Shown: positions 1-10,600 of the stretch, piece by piece | How positions within the stretch are numbered: position 1 is the first letter of the stretch | Layout: each line of letters starts with the position of its first letter | Position numbers and translations under genes: made by a program | Notes under the pieces: model-generated | Databases searched by the model: none | Told to the model about the DNA's origin: nothing | The model's input: the letters and a program-made list of their open reading frames with translations, nothing else | Source: Rebecca billardiae RCC1528 | Taxonomy: Eukaryota > Protista > Haptophyta | Assembly: GCA_965240325.2 (NCBI GenBank) | Contig: OZ251232.1 | Location: 930,001-994,000, forward strand | DNA: 64,000 nt | Reading direction: 5' to 3'

Positions 1-3000
1 CGAGTCGGTGCAGCCCAGGACGGCGTAGACGCAGACGATGTCGCCCTGCTGCGTCGCGGCCGAGCGGTAGTTGGTGGCCTCCGAGTCGGTGCAGCCGAAG
101 ACGGGGTATGCGCAGCACGAGGGCTCGGTGGGCGAGCAGCCGTACGCCATCGAGTTGTAGTTCTCAGCGATGGGGTCGATGCAGCCGGCGAGCGGCGGCG
201 GGGGCGACGGCGGCGGTGGGCTTGGCGGAGGGAAGGGCGGCGCCGGGGGCGGGCTCGGCGGCGGGCTCGGCGGTGGGCTCGGCGGAGACTTGGGTGATTC
301 TGGTGGTGGCGACGGCGGCGCCGACGGCGGTGGTCGGCTTGGTGGTGGCAATGGCGGCGGGCTTGGTGGCGGGCGGGGGGGCGGGCTAGGCGGGGGGGTC
401 GGCGGTGGCGGTGGCGACGGAGGCGGGCTCGGTGGTGGGCTTGGCGGTGGGCTGGGCGGAGGTGGGCTTGGCGGCGGGCTTGGCGGCGGAAGCGGTGGCG
501 GTGATGGTGGCGGCGATGGCGGTGGCAATGGTGGCGGTGGGCTGGGCGGTGGGCTGGGCGGCGGGCTGGGCGGCGGGCTGGGCGGCTGTGACGGCGGTGG
601 TGATGGCGGCGGCCTCGGTGGTGGGCTCGGCGGTGGTGAGGGCGGCGGGCGCGGGGGCGGCGATGGCGGGGGGCTTGGAGGTGGGTTGGGTGGCGGTGAA
701 GGCGGTGGTGTTGGCGGCGGGCTGGGTGGCGGCGACGGTGGCGGCGAGGGCGGAGGGCTTGGAGGCGGGCTTGGCGGTGGCGATGGAGGCGGCGATGGCG
801 GTGGACTCGGGGGCGGGCTTGGTGGCGGAGGGGGTGGCGGGCTCGGCGGTGGACTGGGCGGTGGCACGGGCGGTGGACTGGGCGGTGGCGAGGGCGGGGG
901 TCTCGGGGGCGGGCGTGGCGGCGGCGAGGGCGGAGGGGTGGGCGGCGGTGGTGACGGCGGCGGTGGTGATGGCGGTGGTGACGGCGGCGGGCTTGGTGGC
1001 GGATATGGTGGCGGTGGCGATGGTGGCGGAGGGCTTGGCGGTGGCGATGGTGGCGGCGGCGGTGGTGGTGATGGCGGTGGAGATGGCGGCGGTGGTGATG
1101 GCGGCGGGCTTGGCGGCGGGGGTGGCGGGGGTGACGGTGGCGGAGATGGTGGCGGTGGGCTCGGCGGCGGCGATGGTGGCGGCGGCGGTGGCGGTGACGA
1201 TGGCGGCGGCGGTGATGGCGGCGGGCTTGGCGGCGGGGGTGGCGGGGGTGACGGTGGCGGAGATGGTGGCGGTGGGCTCGGCGGCGGCGATGGTGGCGGC
1301 GACGGTGGCGGTGACGGCGGCGGAGACGGCGGCGGTGGAAAGGGTGGAGGACTGGGTGGCGGTGTGGGCGGCGGCGGCGAGGGCGGCGGCGGGGACGGCG
1401 GCGGGGACGGCGGCGGCAACGGTGGAGGCGGCTGTGGCGGCGGAGACGGTGGCGGCGACGGTGGCGGGCTTGGTGGCGGTGTTGGCGGTGGCGGAGAGGG
1501 CGGCGGTGGGCTTGGCGGCGGTGACGGCGGCGGCGTCGGTGGAGGCGGCTGTGGCGGCGGAGACGGTGGCGGCGTCGGTGGAGGCGGCTGTGGCGGCGGA
1601 GACGGTGGCGGCGACGGCGGCGGGCTAGGTGGCGGCGTCGGTGGAGGCGGAGAGGGCGGCGGCGGGCTTGGTGGCGGTGACGGCGGCGGCGTCGGTGGAG
1701 GCGGAGAGGGCGGCGGTGGGCTTGGTGGCGGTGACGGCGGCGGCGTCGGTGGAGGCGGAGAGGGCGGCGGTGGGCTTGGTGGCGGTGACGGCGGCGGCGT
1801 CGGTGGAGGCGGAGAGGGCGGCGGCGGGCTTGGCGGCGGTGACGGCGGCGGCGTCGGTGGAGGCGGAGAGGGCGGCGGTGGGCTTGGTGGCGGTGACGGC
1901 GGCGGCGTCGGTGGAGGCGGAGAGGGCGGCGGTGGGCTTGGTGGCGGTGACGGCGGCGGCGTCGGTGGAGGCGGAGAGGGCGGCGGTGGGCTTGGTGGCG
2001 GTGACGGCGGCGGCGCCGGTGGAGGCGGAGAGGGCGGCGGTGGGCTTGGTGGCGGTGACGGCGGCGGCGTCGGTGGAGGCGGAGAGGGCGGCGGCGGGCT
2101 TGGCGGCGGTGACGGCGGCGGCGTCGGTGGAGGCGGAGAGGGCGGCGGTGGGCTTGGTGGCGGTGACGGCGGCGGCGTCGGTGGAGGCGGAGAGGGCGGC
2201 GGTGGGCTTGGCGGCGGTGACGGCGGCGGCGTCGGTGGAGGCGGAGAGGGCGGCGGCGGGCTTGGCGGCGGAGACGGTGGCGGCGACGGTGGCGGGCTAG
2301 GTGGCGGTGTTGGCGGTGGCGGAGAGGGCGGCGGTGGGCTTGGCGGCGGTGACGGTGGCGGCGACGGTGGCGGGGAGGGTGGAGGCAACGGCGGCGGCGG
2401 GGACGGCGGCGGGATCGGCGGCGGCGGGGACGGCGGCGGGGATGGCGGTGGGCTTGGCGGCGGGGACGGCGGCGGGGACGGCGGCGGAGGAGATGGCGGC
2501 GGTGAGGGCGGCGGAGAGGGCGGCGGAGAGGGCGGCGGCGGACTTGGTGGTGGACTGGGAGGCGGGCTCGGAGGCGGCGGTGGCGACGGCGGCGGCGACG
2601 GTGGCGGCGCCGGCGGTGACGGTGGTGGAAAGGGCAATCCGCGAGGTGGTGGTGGGGGCGAAGGAGGTGGCGGTGAGGGCGGCGGTGAGGGCGGCGGGCT
2701 CGGCGGCGGCGGTGACGGCGGCGGGGATGGCGGTGGGCTTGGCGGCGGTGACGGCGGAGGCGACGGCGGAGGTGGCTGTGGCGGCGGCGACGGTGGCGGA
2801 GAGGGTGGCGGCGGGCTTGGCGGCGGTGACGGTGGCGGCGACGGTGGCGGTGAGGGCGGAGGCAGCGGCGGCGGCGGTGAGGGCGGCGGGCTCGGCGGCG
2901 GCGAGGGCGGCGGTGAGGGCGGCGGCGGTGAGGGCGGTGGGAATGGTGGCGGCGATGGAGGAGGCGAAGGCGGCGGTGGCGATGGCGGTGGTGATGGCGG

Positions 3001-5673
3001 AGGCGTAGGCGGCGGCGGCGAGGGCGGCGGTGGGGACGGAGGTGGTGAGGGCGGCGGGGAGGGCGGCGGCGAGGGCGGCGGGCTTGGCGGAGGAGGGCTT
3101 GGCGGTGGGCTTGGTGGCGGGCTCGGCGGCGGACTCGGTGGTGGCGGCGGCGAGGGCGGAGGTGAAGGTGGCGGCGAGGGTGGCGGCGAGGGCGGCGGGC
3201 TCGGCGGCGGCGGGCTCGGCGGCGGGCTCGGCGGCGGGCTCGGCGGCGGGCTCGGCGGCGGGCTCGGCGGCGGGCTCGGCGGCGGCGGCGAGCGCGCGGT
3301 GCCCTGCAGGTCACGCAGCTGTGAGAAGCCTTGAGAGTAGACGTCACCCACCTCAGCGCTCGACAGCACGCCCGAGTAGATGCCGATGTCGTCGACCGAG
3401 CCGATGAAGCTCGCGGAGGCCGCGCCGGTGCCCGAGCACGCGCGGAGGTTGGACGCCGCCGTGCTCAGCGAGGAGGCGAGCGTCACCGAGCCGTACTTGC
3501 CGCCGTGCAGCTGGCCGCCGTCCACTGCAAACGCGACTGCCGTCACGCCGTCGTACCGGATCGCCGCGTGGATCCACACGTCCGGCGTGGCGCCGGACTC
3601 GCCCGTGCCGGAGGTCGCGCCGCAGAACGTGTTGCCCAGGCCGCCGACGCGCACGCAGAGCCCCGAGGTGGACGAGACGAACACGGCGAAGAGCTGGTAG
3701 CTCGAGTCGGCGCCCCAGCCTAGCACGGCCTTGGATCCCGAGCCCGCGGTGCGCTTGTACCAGAGCGAGACAGAGCGCGAGGCGGAGCCGACGAGCTGCG
3801 TGTTCGACGCCTGCGTGGCGCCCTGCGCGAACTCGGAGCTGCCGCCGCACACGAGCGCCGCGCCGATCGCGCCCTCGCCCTTCGCGGAGATCCCCGACGC
3901 CGTGAGCGAGGTGAGGTTGTCGCCCTGCGGCCCGATGTCCTCGCCGATCGTCGGCACGGCGTCCGTCCAGTCAAACGCGTAGTGGTGGAGGAGGGCGGCC
4001 GCCTCCGGCGGTGGCGGGCTGGGCGGCGGCGGCGGCGGCGAGGGCGGCGGGCTCGGCGGCGGCGAGGGCGGCGGCGGGAGCGGTGGCGGAGAAGGCGGCG
4101 GGGCGGGCGGCTGGCCGGGCGGCGGCGACGGCGGCGGGCTCGGCGGCGGCGGGCTCGGCGGCGGCAGCGGCGGCGGCGACGGCGGCGGCGGCGAGAGCGA
4201 CGTGCCGGTCAGGTCGAGCGCGCTGGCCGCGTTGCTGATGATCGCGGTGATTTCAGACACGGTGAGGATCCCCGTGTACAGGCCCAAGTCGTCGATCGCA
4301 CCGCGGAAGAAGGCGGGCAGCAGCCCGCCAATCAGAGAGCCGCCGACTGAGATGAGCGAGTTGCGCCCGCCGCCCGTGTCGAGCGCGACGCCCGTCTTCT
4401 CGGCGACGGTGCCGTCCTCGTACAGCCGGAGGTCGGCGCCGTCGAAGGTCACCGCGACGTGCACCCACGTCAGCGCGGTCAGCGTCGACGCGCTCGGCAG
4501 CACGAAGACGCCCGTCGTGCCGTACGCCACGCGCACCTTGTCCGAGCTCACGCCGAGCTGGAAGATCTTGTTGTCCGCCTCAACGCCGTACGAGAGGGCG
4601 GACATGGCCAGGCCCGTGCCGGTGGCGTTCAGCCGGAGCCAGAGGGAGAACGAGCGCGTGCTCGCGCTCGAGATGTTCGCCGTCGCGTTCAGCCCGGCGA
4701 TGTCGTCCACCGTGAAGAGGCTGGAGCCGTCGAGCTCGAGCGCGCGCCCAATCTTGCCGTCGGACGCGTAGCTGGCGGCGCCGTCGACGGTGCTCAGCCC
4801 GTCGGTCTGGCCGTTCAGCGTGAAGTGCGCGCGCAGCGCGGCCACCTGCGGGGCGAAGGACTCGCCGTTCGCGGATATGAGCGCGATCCCGTTGTTGTAC
4901 AGCGTCGTCACCTCCGAGGAGGAGAGCGCGCTGCTGTACAGGGCGAGGTCGTCGATCAGGCCGCCCCACGTTGTACCCTCGCGGTCGCCGACGCACACGC
5001 GGAAGTTGGTGTCGCTGGTGGCCAGCGTGGGCGAGCCCGTCACGCTCTTTGCAGAGCCGCTGCCCCAGTCCAGATACATCGTCGCCGTCGGCGAGTTCGA
5101 CGTGCTGAAGGTGATGACGACGTGGTACCAGCGCGGGCTGGCATAGTCGATGGTCGTGTCGTCAAACTCGAGGCTGTACGAGCCGATGGTCTTGACCGTG
5201 CCCAGGCCCAGCCCACCCGTCGTCCCGCTTGGAACGCCCACTGCGGCGATGTCAAAGAACGAGTTCTCCGCGGCGAAGGCAGGCGGCACCCCCGCCCCAA
5301 CGCCGACGATGCCCGTGTCGCTCGTGCTTGACGCGCCCGGGTAGAACCACACGGCGACTGTGCGGGCCGAGGAGCCAGAGAACCCGTTCCCGGACACAGC
5401 TCCCGTCACGAAAGCGTTCGATCCGGCGCAGTCCAGCGCGGACTCGATCTGGCCCGCCTCGTCGTAGCTCGCACTCCCGCTGCTCGCGGTGAGCGTCGCG
5501 CTGCCCACGTCCGCCACCAGCGTGTCGTCGAGCTGGAACAGAAATTGCAGCGACGAGCGGACGGGGACTGGCGCGATCAGGCCGAGGACGAGAGCCAGCG
5601 CCGATCGCTGTGCGAGAGCGCCTGTCCGCCTGCCGCCGCCCGCGCGACCAGCGGTGCCCCGGCTCGATGGCAT
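1..5673 (-). CDS. Giant secreted/surface protein A (3' end beyond window): signal peptide, 3 LamG/ConA-like domains, SPPP stalk, GCxDxxAxNY Cys repeats
   Basis: Not in the ORF track because there is no stop in the window. ATG at 5673 reads MPSSRGTAG...ALALVLGLIAPVPVRSSLQFLFQLDD...SARTVAVWFYP. The same frame runs to position 1 (...LAGCIDPIAENYN...LGCTDS). LamG-like segments at ~5550-4870, ~4840-4200 and ~3985-3300; stalk at 193-3291. Confidence 0.85.
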   Translation of the reverse strand, partial: MPSSRGTAGRAGGGRRTGALAQRSALALVLGLIAPVPVRSSLQFLFQLDDTLVADVGSATLTASSGSASYDEAGQIESALDCAGSNAFVTGAVSGNGFSGSSARTVAVWFYPGASSTSDTGIVGVGAGVPPAFAAENSFFDIAAVGVPSGTTGGLGLGTVKTIGSYSLEFDDTTIDYASPRWYHVVITFSTSNSPTATMYLDWGSGSAKSVTGSPTLATSDTNFRVCVGDREGTTWGGLIDDLALYSSALSSSEVTTLYNNGIALISANGESFAPQVAALRAHFTLNGQTDGLSTVDGAASYASDGKIGRALELDGSSLFTVDDIAGLNATANISSASTRSFSLWLRLNATGTGLAMSALSYGVEADNKIFQLGVSSDKVRVAYGTTGVFVLPSASTLTALTWVHVAVTFDGADLRLYEDGTVAEKTGVALDTGGGRNSLISVGGSLIGGLLPAFFRGAIDDLGLYTGILTVSEITAIISNAASALDLTGTSLSPPPPSPPPLPPPSPPPPSPPPSPPPGQPPAPPPSPPPLPPPPSPPPSPPPSPPPPPPSPPPPEAAALLHHYAFDWTDAVPTIGEDIGPQGDNLTSLTASGISAKGEGAIGAALVCGGSSEFAQGATQASNTQLVGSASRSVSLWYKRTAGSGSKAVLGWGADSSYQLFAVFVSSTSGLCVRVGGLGNTFCGATSGTGESGATPDVWIHAAIRYDGVTAVAFAVDGGQLHGGKYGSVTLASSLSTAASNLRACSGTGAASASFIGSVDDIGIYSGVLSSAEVGDVYSQGFSQLRDLQGTARSPPPPSPPPSPPPSPPPSPPPSPPPSPPPPSPPPSPPPSPPPSPPPSPPPPPSPPPSPPPSPPPSPPPPSPPPSPPPSPPPSPPPSPPPPSPPPPTPPPSPPPSPPPPSPPPSPPPFPPPSPPPPSPPPSPPPSPPPSPPPPLPPPSPPPSPPPSPPPSPPPPSPPPSPPPQPPPPSPPPSPPPSPPPSPPPSPPPPSPPPSPPPSPPPPSPPPPPRGLPFPPPSPPAPPPSPPPSPPPPPSPPPSPPPSPPPPSPPPSPPPSPPPSPPPPSPPPSPPPSPPPSPPPSPPPPIPPPSPPPPLPPPSPPPSPPPSPPPSPPPPSPPPPTPPPSPPPSPPPSPPPSPPPPSPPPPTPPPSPPPSPPPPSPPPPTPPPSPPPSPPPPSPPPPTPPPSPPPSPPPPSPPPPTPPPSPPPSPPPPSPPPPAPPPSPPPSPPPPSPPPPTPPPSPPPSPPPPSPPPPTPPPSPPPSPPPPSPPPPTPPPSPPPSPPPPSPPPPTPPPSPPPSPPPPSPPPPTPPPSPPPSPPPPSPPPPTPPPSPPPSPPPPSPPPPTPPPSPPPSPPPSPPPQPPPPTPPPSPPPQPPPPTPPPSPPPSPPPPSPPPPTPPPSPPPSPPPSPPPQPPPPLPPPSPPPSPPPPSPPPPTPPPSPPPFPPPPSPPPSPPPSPPPSPPPSPPPPSPPPSPPPPPPPSPPPSPPPPSSPPPPPPPSPPPSPPPPSPPPSPPPPPPPSPPPSPPPPSPPPSPPPPPPPSPPPSPPPPSPPPPYPPPSPPPSPPPSPPPPSPPPPTPPPSPPPRPPPRPPPSPPPSPPPVPPPSPPPSPPPPPPPSPPPSPPPSPPPSPPPSPPPSPPPSPPPSPPPSPPPTPPPSPPPNPPPSPPPSPPPRPPPSPPPSPPPRPPPSPPPSQPPSPPPSPPPSPPPSPPPPLPPPSPPPSPPPLPPPSPPPSPPPPSPPPSPPPSPPPSPPPPPTPPPSPPPRPPPSPPPLPPPSRPPPSAPPSPPPESPKSPPSPPPSPPPSPPPAPPFPPPSPPPPSPPPPLAGCIDPIAENYNSMAYGCSPTEPSCCAYPVFGCTDSEATNYRSAATQQGDIVCVYAVLGCTDS
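193..3291 (-). repeat. Ser-Pro(3-4) coding repeat (extensin/HRGP-like stalk) of gene A, including a 54-bp higher-order unit at ~1630-2270
   Basis: The reverse strand reads SPPP/SPPPP continuously. The unit ggcggcgtcggtggaggcggagagggc... recurs every 54 bp (1631, 1685, ...). Confidence 0.95.
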
Positions 5674-6599
5674 GCGGCTGGACTGCCACCGCCAGGCCGA
5701 GAGCGATGACAACGCTGACTTGATGTGAAGCCGGCGGCTGCGCCGGCCGCCGGGCGGCCGATTGGCCGAAGCTGCCAGCAGCTGAGAAAAAAAGGGGTTA
5801 CGGTTTCTTCCTTGGTGGGAACGAGGACGCGCTGGCCGGAGATTACTTACGACTACTAGTAAGTATTTCTGGGTGACCAGCGCGCCCTTCCCCCACAAGC
5901 CGCCGCCGCCGCCGTGCGCCAAGAAGCCCCGGACTGGGAAGCCCTGGCAGTGGCCCACCCCACGCACGGAGACGACCCAAAACTTGAGCGCCTGATGGCT
6001 TCGCCCGCCCGGCCAGGCACGCCGCACGCGCTCCGGCGCTTGTGTGTCCCATAATAATGTTGCGTTCGTCAATGTGCGAATGACGATGATGATTGATTCG
6101 TCGCGGATCTGCATGTGAATCAAAGCTGTATTTCCCCTCACAAACTTGGCGCGCCGATATAATAATTAAATATGGGGCACAACACCCGTCCGGGGCATAG
6201 CATGCTGACGAAATTGCAGATCAGATACAATCCCGTGGCCGATCCTGCGCTGATCAGATTCCGGGCGGGTGGATCACTTATTGATATTAATAACCTCAAA
6301 GGTGCAATCCAACGCCCAATAATGATGTGGCTAAAATGTGGGTGTCGTGAAACCCGTGGTCGATGATCATTGGACAGTGAAGGCTGGCTTGCGCCCACGC
6401 GGGTACGAACCGTAACTGCAACGAGATGTGCGCCGTGTGGCTCGGGAAGCCGCTGCCGCGCCTGTCGGCAATAGCAAGTACTCAACAAGTCCGCCCGGGC
6501 CGGAACTCGTCGGAGCTATTTGAGGGCTGCGCTGCGCTGCACCAGGGAGTTGCCGGTGCTCACCAGCCCCAAGTGCCGCTCGGCGACGCCGTCAGCGCC
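5674..6599. promoter_or_regulatory. Putative shared divergent promoter region between paralogs A and B
   Basis: ~0.9-kb AT-richer non-coding gap between the two outward-facing ATGs (5673 minus, 6600 plus). No specific motif identified. Confidence 0.4.
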
Positions 6600-7574
6600 A
6601 TGACTCGTGCGTTCAGCGGGCCGCTCGCAAGCTGGCGCCCGGCGAGCCTCTCGACCTGTGCGGTTGCGCTGCTCCTGAGCTGCGCCTGCCGCCCGACCGA
6701 ACGTGCGCGCTCGGCACGGCGCCGCACGGGCGCTGCGCTGCGCGTGCCAGCGCCCATCCGCGGTGCATGGGCTGCACTGCTCCGAGGGATGGGCCACGCG
6801 TCACCGGCGCGTCCGGCGCGCGCACCCACGTCTCACGTGGCGCACCGCGCACGCCTCTCGGCGCCCCACCCGCGCAGAGGCCACGCCCACGCTGATCCAC
6901 CACTACAACCTGAACAGCGACGCAAACGACACGACGGGCGTGGGCGGCTTCGTCCATGGCGCCGCCGTGCAGCTCAGCTTCGACGTGCCCGGGCAGGTGG
7001 GCGGATATGGGCAGTGGTCCAAGGCGCTCGGGACCACGCTCACGCTCGACCGCGCCGCGCTCCCGACCACGGCCGACCCCGACTGGACGTGGACGATCAC
7101 GTTCTGGCTGTACATCTCGTCGAGCGACACCAACGCGTACTCGAGCATCTTCTACTACGCCGACGAGCTGCTGGTGGGGTACTACGCGTCCGCAGGCGCG
7201 AAGAAGATGATCCTCGCGCGGCACATGAACGAAGGCCTCGACATCAACAACTTCAACTTTGGCACCGCCTCGCTGCTGAAGGACGAGTGGTTCAACGTCG
7301 CGCTCAAGTACGACGGCAGCTCGCTCACCACGTACGTGGACGGCACGTCCGACAGCGTCCTGTCGTACACGGACACGCTGGTGCCGGCGACGTCGGGCTC
7401 GCTGGTCTTCGGCGAGTTCCTCGGCTACTCGCCCAACATCGACTTCCTCACGATGAACGGCCGGATTGACGACGTGGCATTCGACAGCGTCGCCCTCAGC
7501 GCGGGAGACATCCGCGGGCGCATGTCCGACGCAAACTCGACGAACCCGATCGACGCGTCGGGGGTGGCACTGCC

Positions 7575-7605
<31 letters not shown>

Positions 7606-10600
7606 CCCTCGACATCGGCGCACCACTGGAAGCTCAACCGCAACCCGCTCGATTCGCAGGTGTGCTGCGCGCCCGCACGGCGCGCGCGGCGCGCGCGAGA
7701 GCGCTTCCCGCCCTGCGGCCGAGCTCCGCGCGTGTGCCGGCTGCGCGGCTGGGGCAGAGCGCATGCCGTCGCCCCGCGCGCTGACGGCTTCCCCTCGCCC
7801 GCGCCCCACGCCGCGCGCGCGCGCCCGTTCGCGCACCTCTCCGCAGGGCTCGCTCGACTTCACCGAGGTGGGCGCAGTGTCGTACGAGCTGCACACGGCC
7901 CTGCTCGGCAGCGGCGCCAAGCTGAACGGGCTGACGGCCTACCTCACCGCGAGCGATCCGGGCTCGTCCTTCTCCGGGTCGACGTCGCGCGCGGTGAGCC
8001 TGTGGTTCAAGAGCACCCAGTCCAACCCGGACACGCGCGGCATCTTCGCGTACGGCGGCTCGACGACGCTGGGCGGCTTCGAGCTCGTCACGATCTCGAC
8101 GACGCTCTACTTCCGCGACGGCGGCAGCTTCCACGCGGCCGGCACCTTTTCCGTCGGCACGTGGCAGCACGTGGCCGTCATGTACGACGGCTCGTCGGTG
8201 ATCGTGTACCAGGACGACACGCAGACGCTCTCGAAGGCCCTCGCGCTCTCCACGACGAGCGGCGGCATCGTCGTCGGCTTCCGCGACAACTTGTTCAAGG
8301 GGTCCATCGACGACATCTGCCTCTTCCCGCGCACGCTCAGCACCGCCGAGATCACCGAGATCTTCGGCGCCACGGCTGACTGCGCGGGCGAGGTGCCGCA
8401 ACCGCCGCCGCCGCTGCCGCCGCCGAGCCCGCCGCCGAGCCCGCTGCCGCCGCCGAGCCCGCCGCCGGGCCCGCCGCCGAGCCCTCCGCCGCCGCTGCCG
8501 CCGCCGAGCCCGCCGCCCGAGCCGCCACCAAGCCCGCCGCCGTTGCCGCCGCCGCCCTCACCACCACCGAGCCCACCGCCGCAGCCGCCACCGCCGTCGC
8601 CGCCGGCGCCTGCGGCCGTGCTTCTTCGGCACTGGGGCATGGATACAAAGGTCACCGACTCGATCGCGGGCAACTCTCTCTCGTTCGTACGCGGCGCGGG
8701 CAACGACCCGTACAACGTGACCTTCGTGCCGGGCGCTATCGTCGGCAGCGCGGCCGTGCTCCCCGCTGGAGAGGACGTGCAGGGAGAAGAGGCGGCGGAC
8801 GTGCCGGCGGGCGTCCTCGGCACGAACTCGCGCTCGGCGTGCGCGTGGTTCCGCCAGACCGCCGCGGCGAACACGGTGATCATGTCGTGGGGCTCCGAGA
8901 GCGCGGGCGCCCTCTTCGAGCTGCTCGTCGATGACACGGGTCTGCCCTGCTTCTTTGGAGGACTCGGCTTTGTCGCGTGCGCCGACGCGGGCGCGGTGTC
9001 TGTCGGCACGTGGGGTCACATGTGCGTCACGTTCTACGGCGCGAACCAGGCCCTCCGCGTGTACGTGGACGGCGCCCTGCAGAAGACGGTGACCTTCGCC
9101 CTCGACACCGCGACGGTCGCATCGCAGGGCATCCGCCTCGCCGGAGGCTCCACCTCCTTCGGCTTTGAGCGGCTGGGCGGGGAGATGGACGAGGCGGGCG
9201 TGTGGACGGGGGTGCTCACCGCCGACGAGGTGAGCACGATCTACACGGACAACCTCGCGAAGATCGATCTGCAGGGCAACACGCGCTTCCCGCCGCCGCC
9301 CTCGCCGCCGCCGAGCCCGCCACCGAGCCCGCCTCCAAGCCCTCCACCGCCAAGCCCGCCGCCGTCGCCGCCGCCGTCGCCGCCGCCAAGCCCGCCGCCC
9401 CCCTCTCCGCCGCCCTCGCCTCCTCCGCTCCCGCCGCCAAGCCCACCGCCGAGCCCACCGCCGCCGAGCCCGCCGCCATCGCCGCCGCCCAGCCCGCCGC
9501 CCAGCCCGCCGCCCAGCCCGCCGCCGCCGAGCCCGCCGCCGAGCCCGCCGCCGAGCCCGCCGCCATCGCCGCCGCCGTCGCCCCCTCCTCCGTCGCCCCC
9601 GCCGAGTCCACCACCGAGCCCGCCACCAAGCCCGCCACCTCCGAGCTCGCCACCAAGCCCGCCGCCGAGCCCACCGCCGAGCCCACCGCCGAGCCCACCG
9701 CCGCCGACCCCGCCGCCAAGCCCACCTCCAAGCCCGCCTCCCATCCCGCCGCCGTCGCCGCCACCTCCATCGCCGCCACCCAGCCCACCGCCGAGCCCGC
9801 CGCCGAGCCCGCCGCCGTCACCACCGCCTCCGTTGCCGCCGCCATCACCGCCGCCAAGCCCGCCGCCGTTCCCACCGCCGAGCCCACCACCGCCGTCCCC
9901 GCCGCCGTCCCCGCCGCCGAGCCAGCCCCCGTCCCCGCCACCGTCCCCGCCGCCACCGCTGCCCCGGCCGCCCCCCTCGCCACCACCTAGCCCACCGCCG
10001 AGTCCACCGCCCTCGCCACCGCCTCCATCCCCGCCACCAAGCCCGCCGCCAAGCCCACCGCCGAGCCCACCGCCAAGCCCGCCACCGCCACCGAGCCCGC
10101 CACCGTCTCCGCCGCCGTCCCCGCCGCCGTCCCCGCCGCCCAGTCCGCCGCCACCCAGCCCGCCGCCCAGCCCGCCGCCGCCGAGCCCGCCGCCGAGCCC
10201 ACCACCCAGCCCGCCACCGAGCCCACCGCCGTCCCCACCACCGAGCCCGCCGCCACCAAGCCCACCGCCGAGCCCACCGCCGAGCCCGCCGCCGAGCCCG
10301 CCACCGAGCCCACCGCCGCCGAGCCCGCCGCCGAGCCCGCCGCCATCACCGCCGCCATCACCTCCACCGAGCCCGCCGCCAAGCCCGCCGCCGCCATCGC
10401 CGCCGCCGAGCCCGCCGCCGTCACCACCGCCCAGCCCGCCGCCCAGCCCGCCACCACCGAGCCCACCGCCGAGCCCGCCCCCCAGCCCACCACCGCGCCC
10501 ACCGCCAAGCCCGCCACCGCCACCGAGCCCGCCACCGTCCCCGCCGCCCAGTCCGCCGCCGTCCCCGCCGCCCAGTCCGCCGCCACCGAGCCCGCCGCCC

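Noticed and set aside
170-3334. 1054-aa Gly-rich ORF and Ala-rich ORFs on the + strand
   Set aside because: Antisense shadows of gene A's SPPP stalk; the minus frame carries the signal peptide and recognisable domains.
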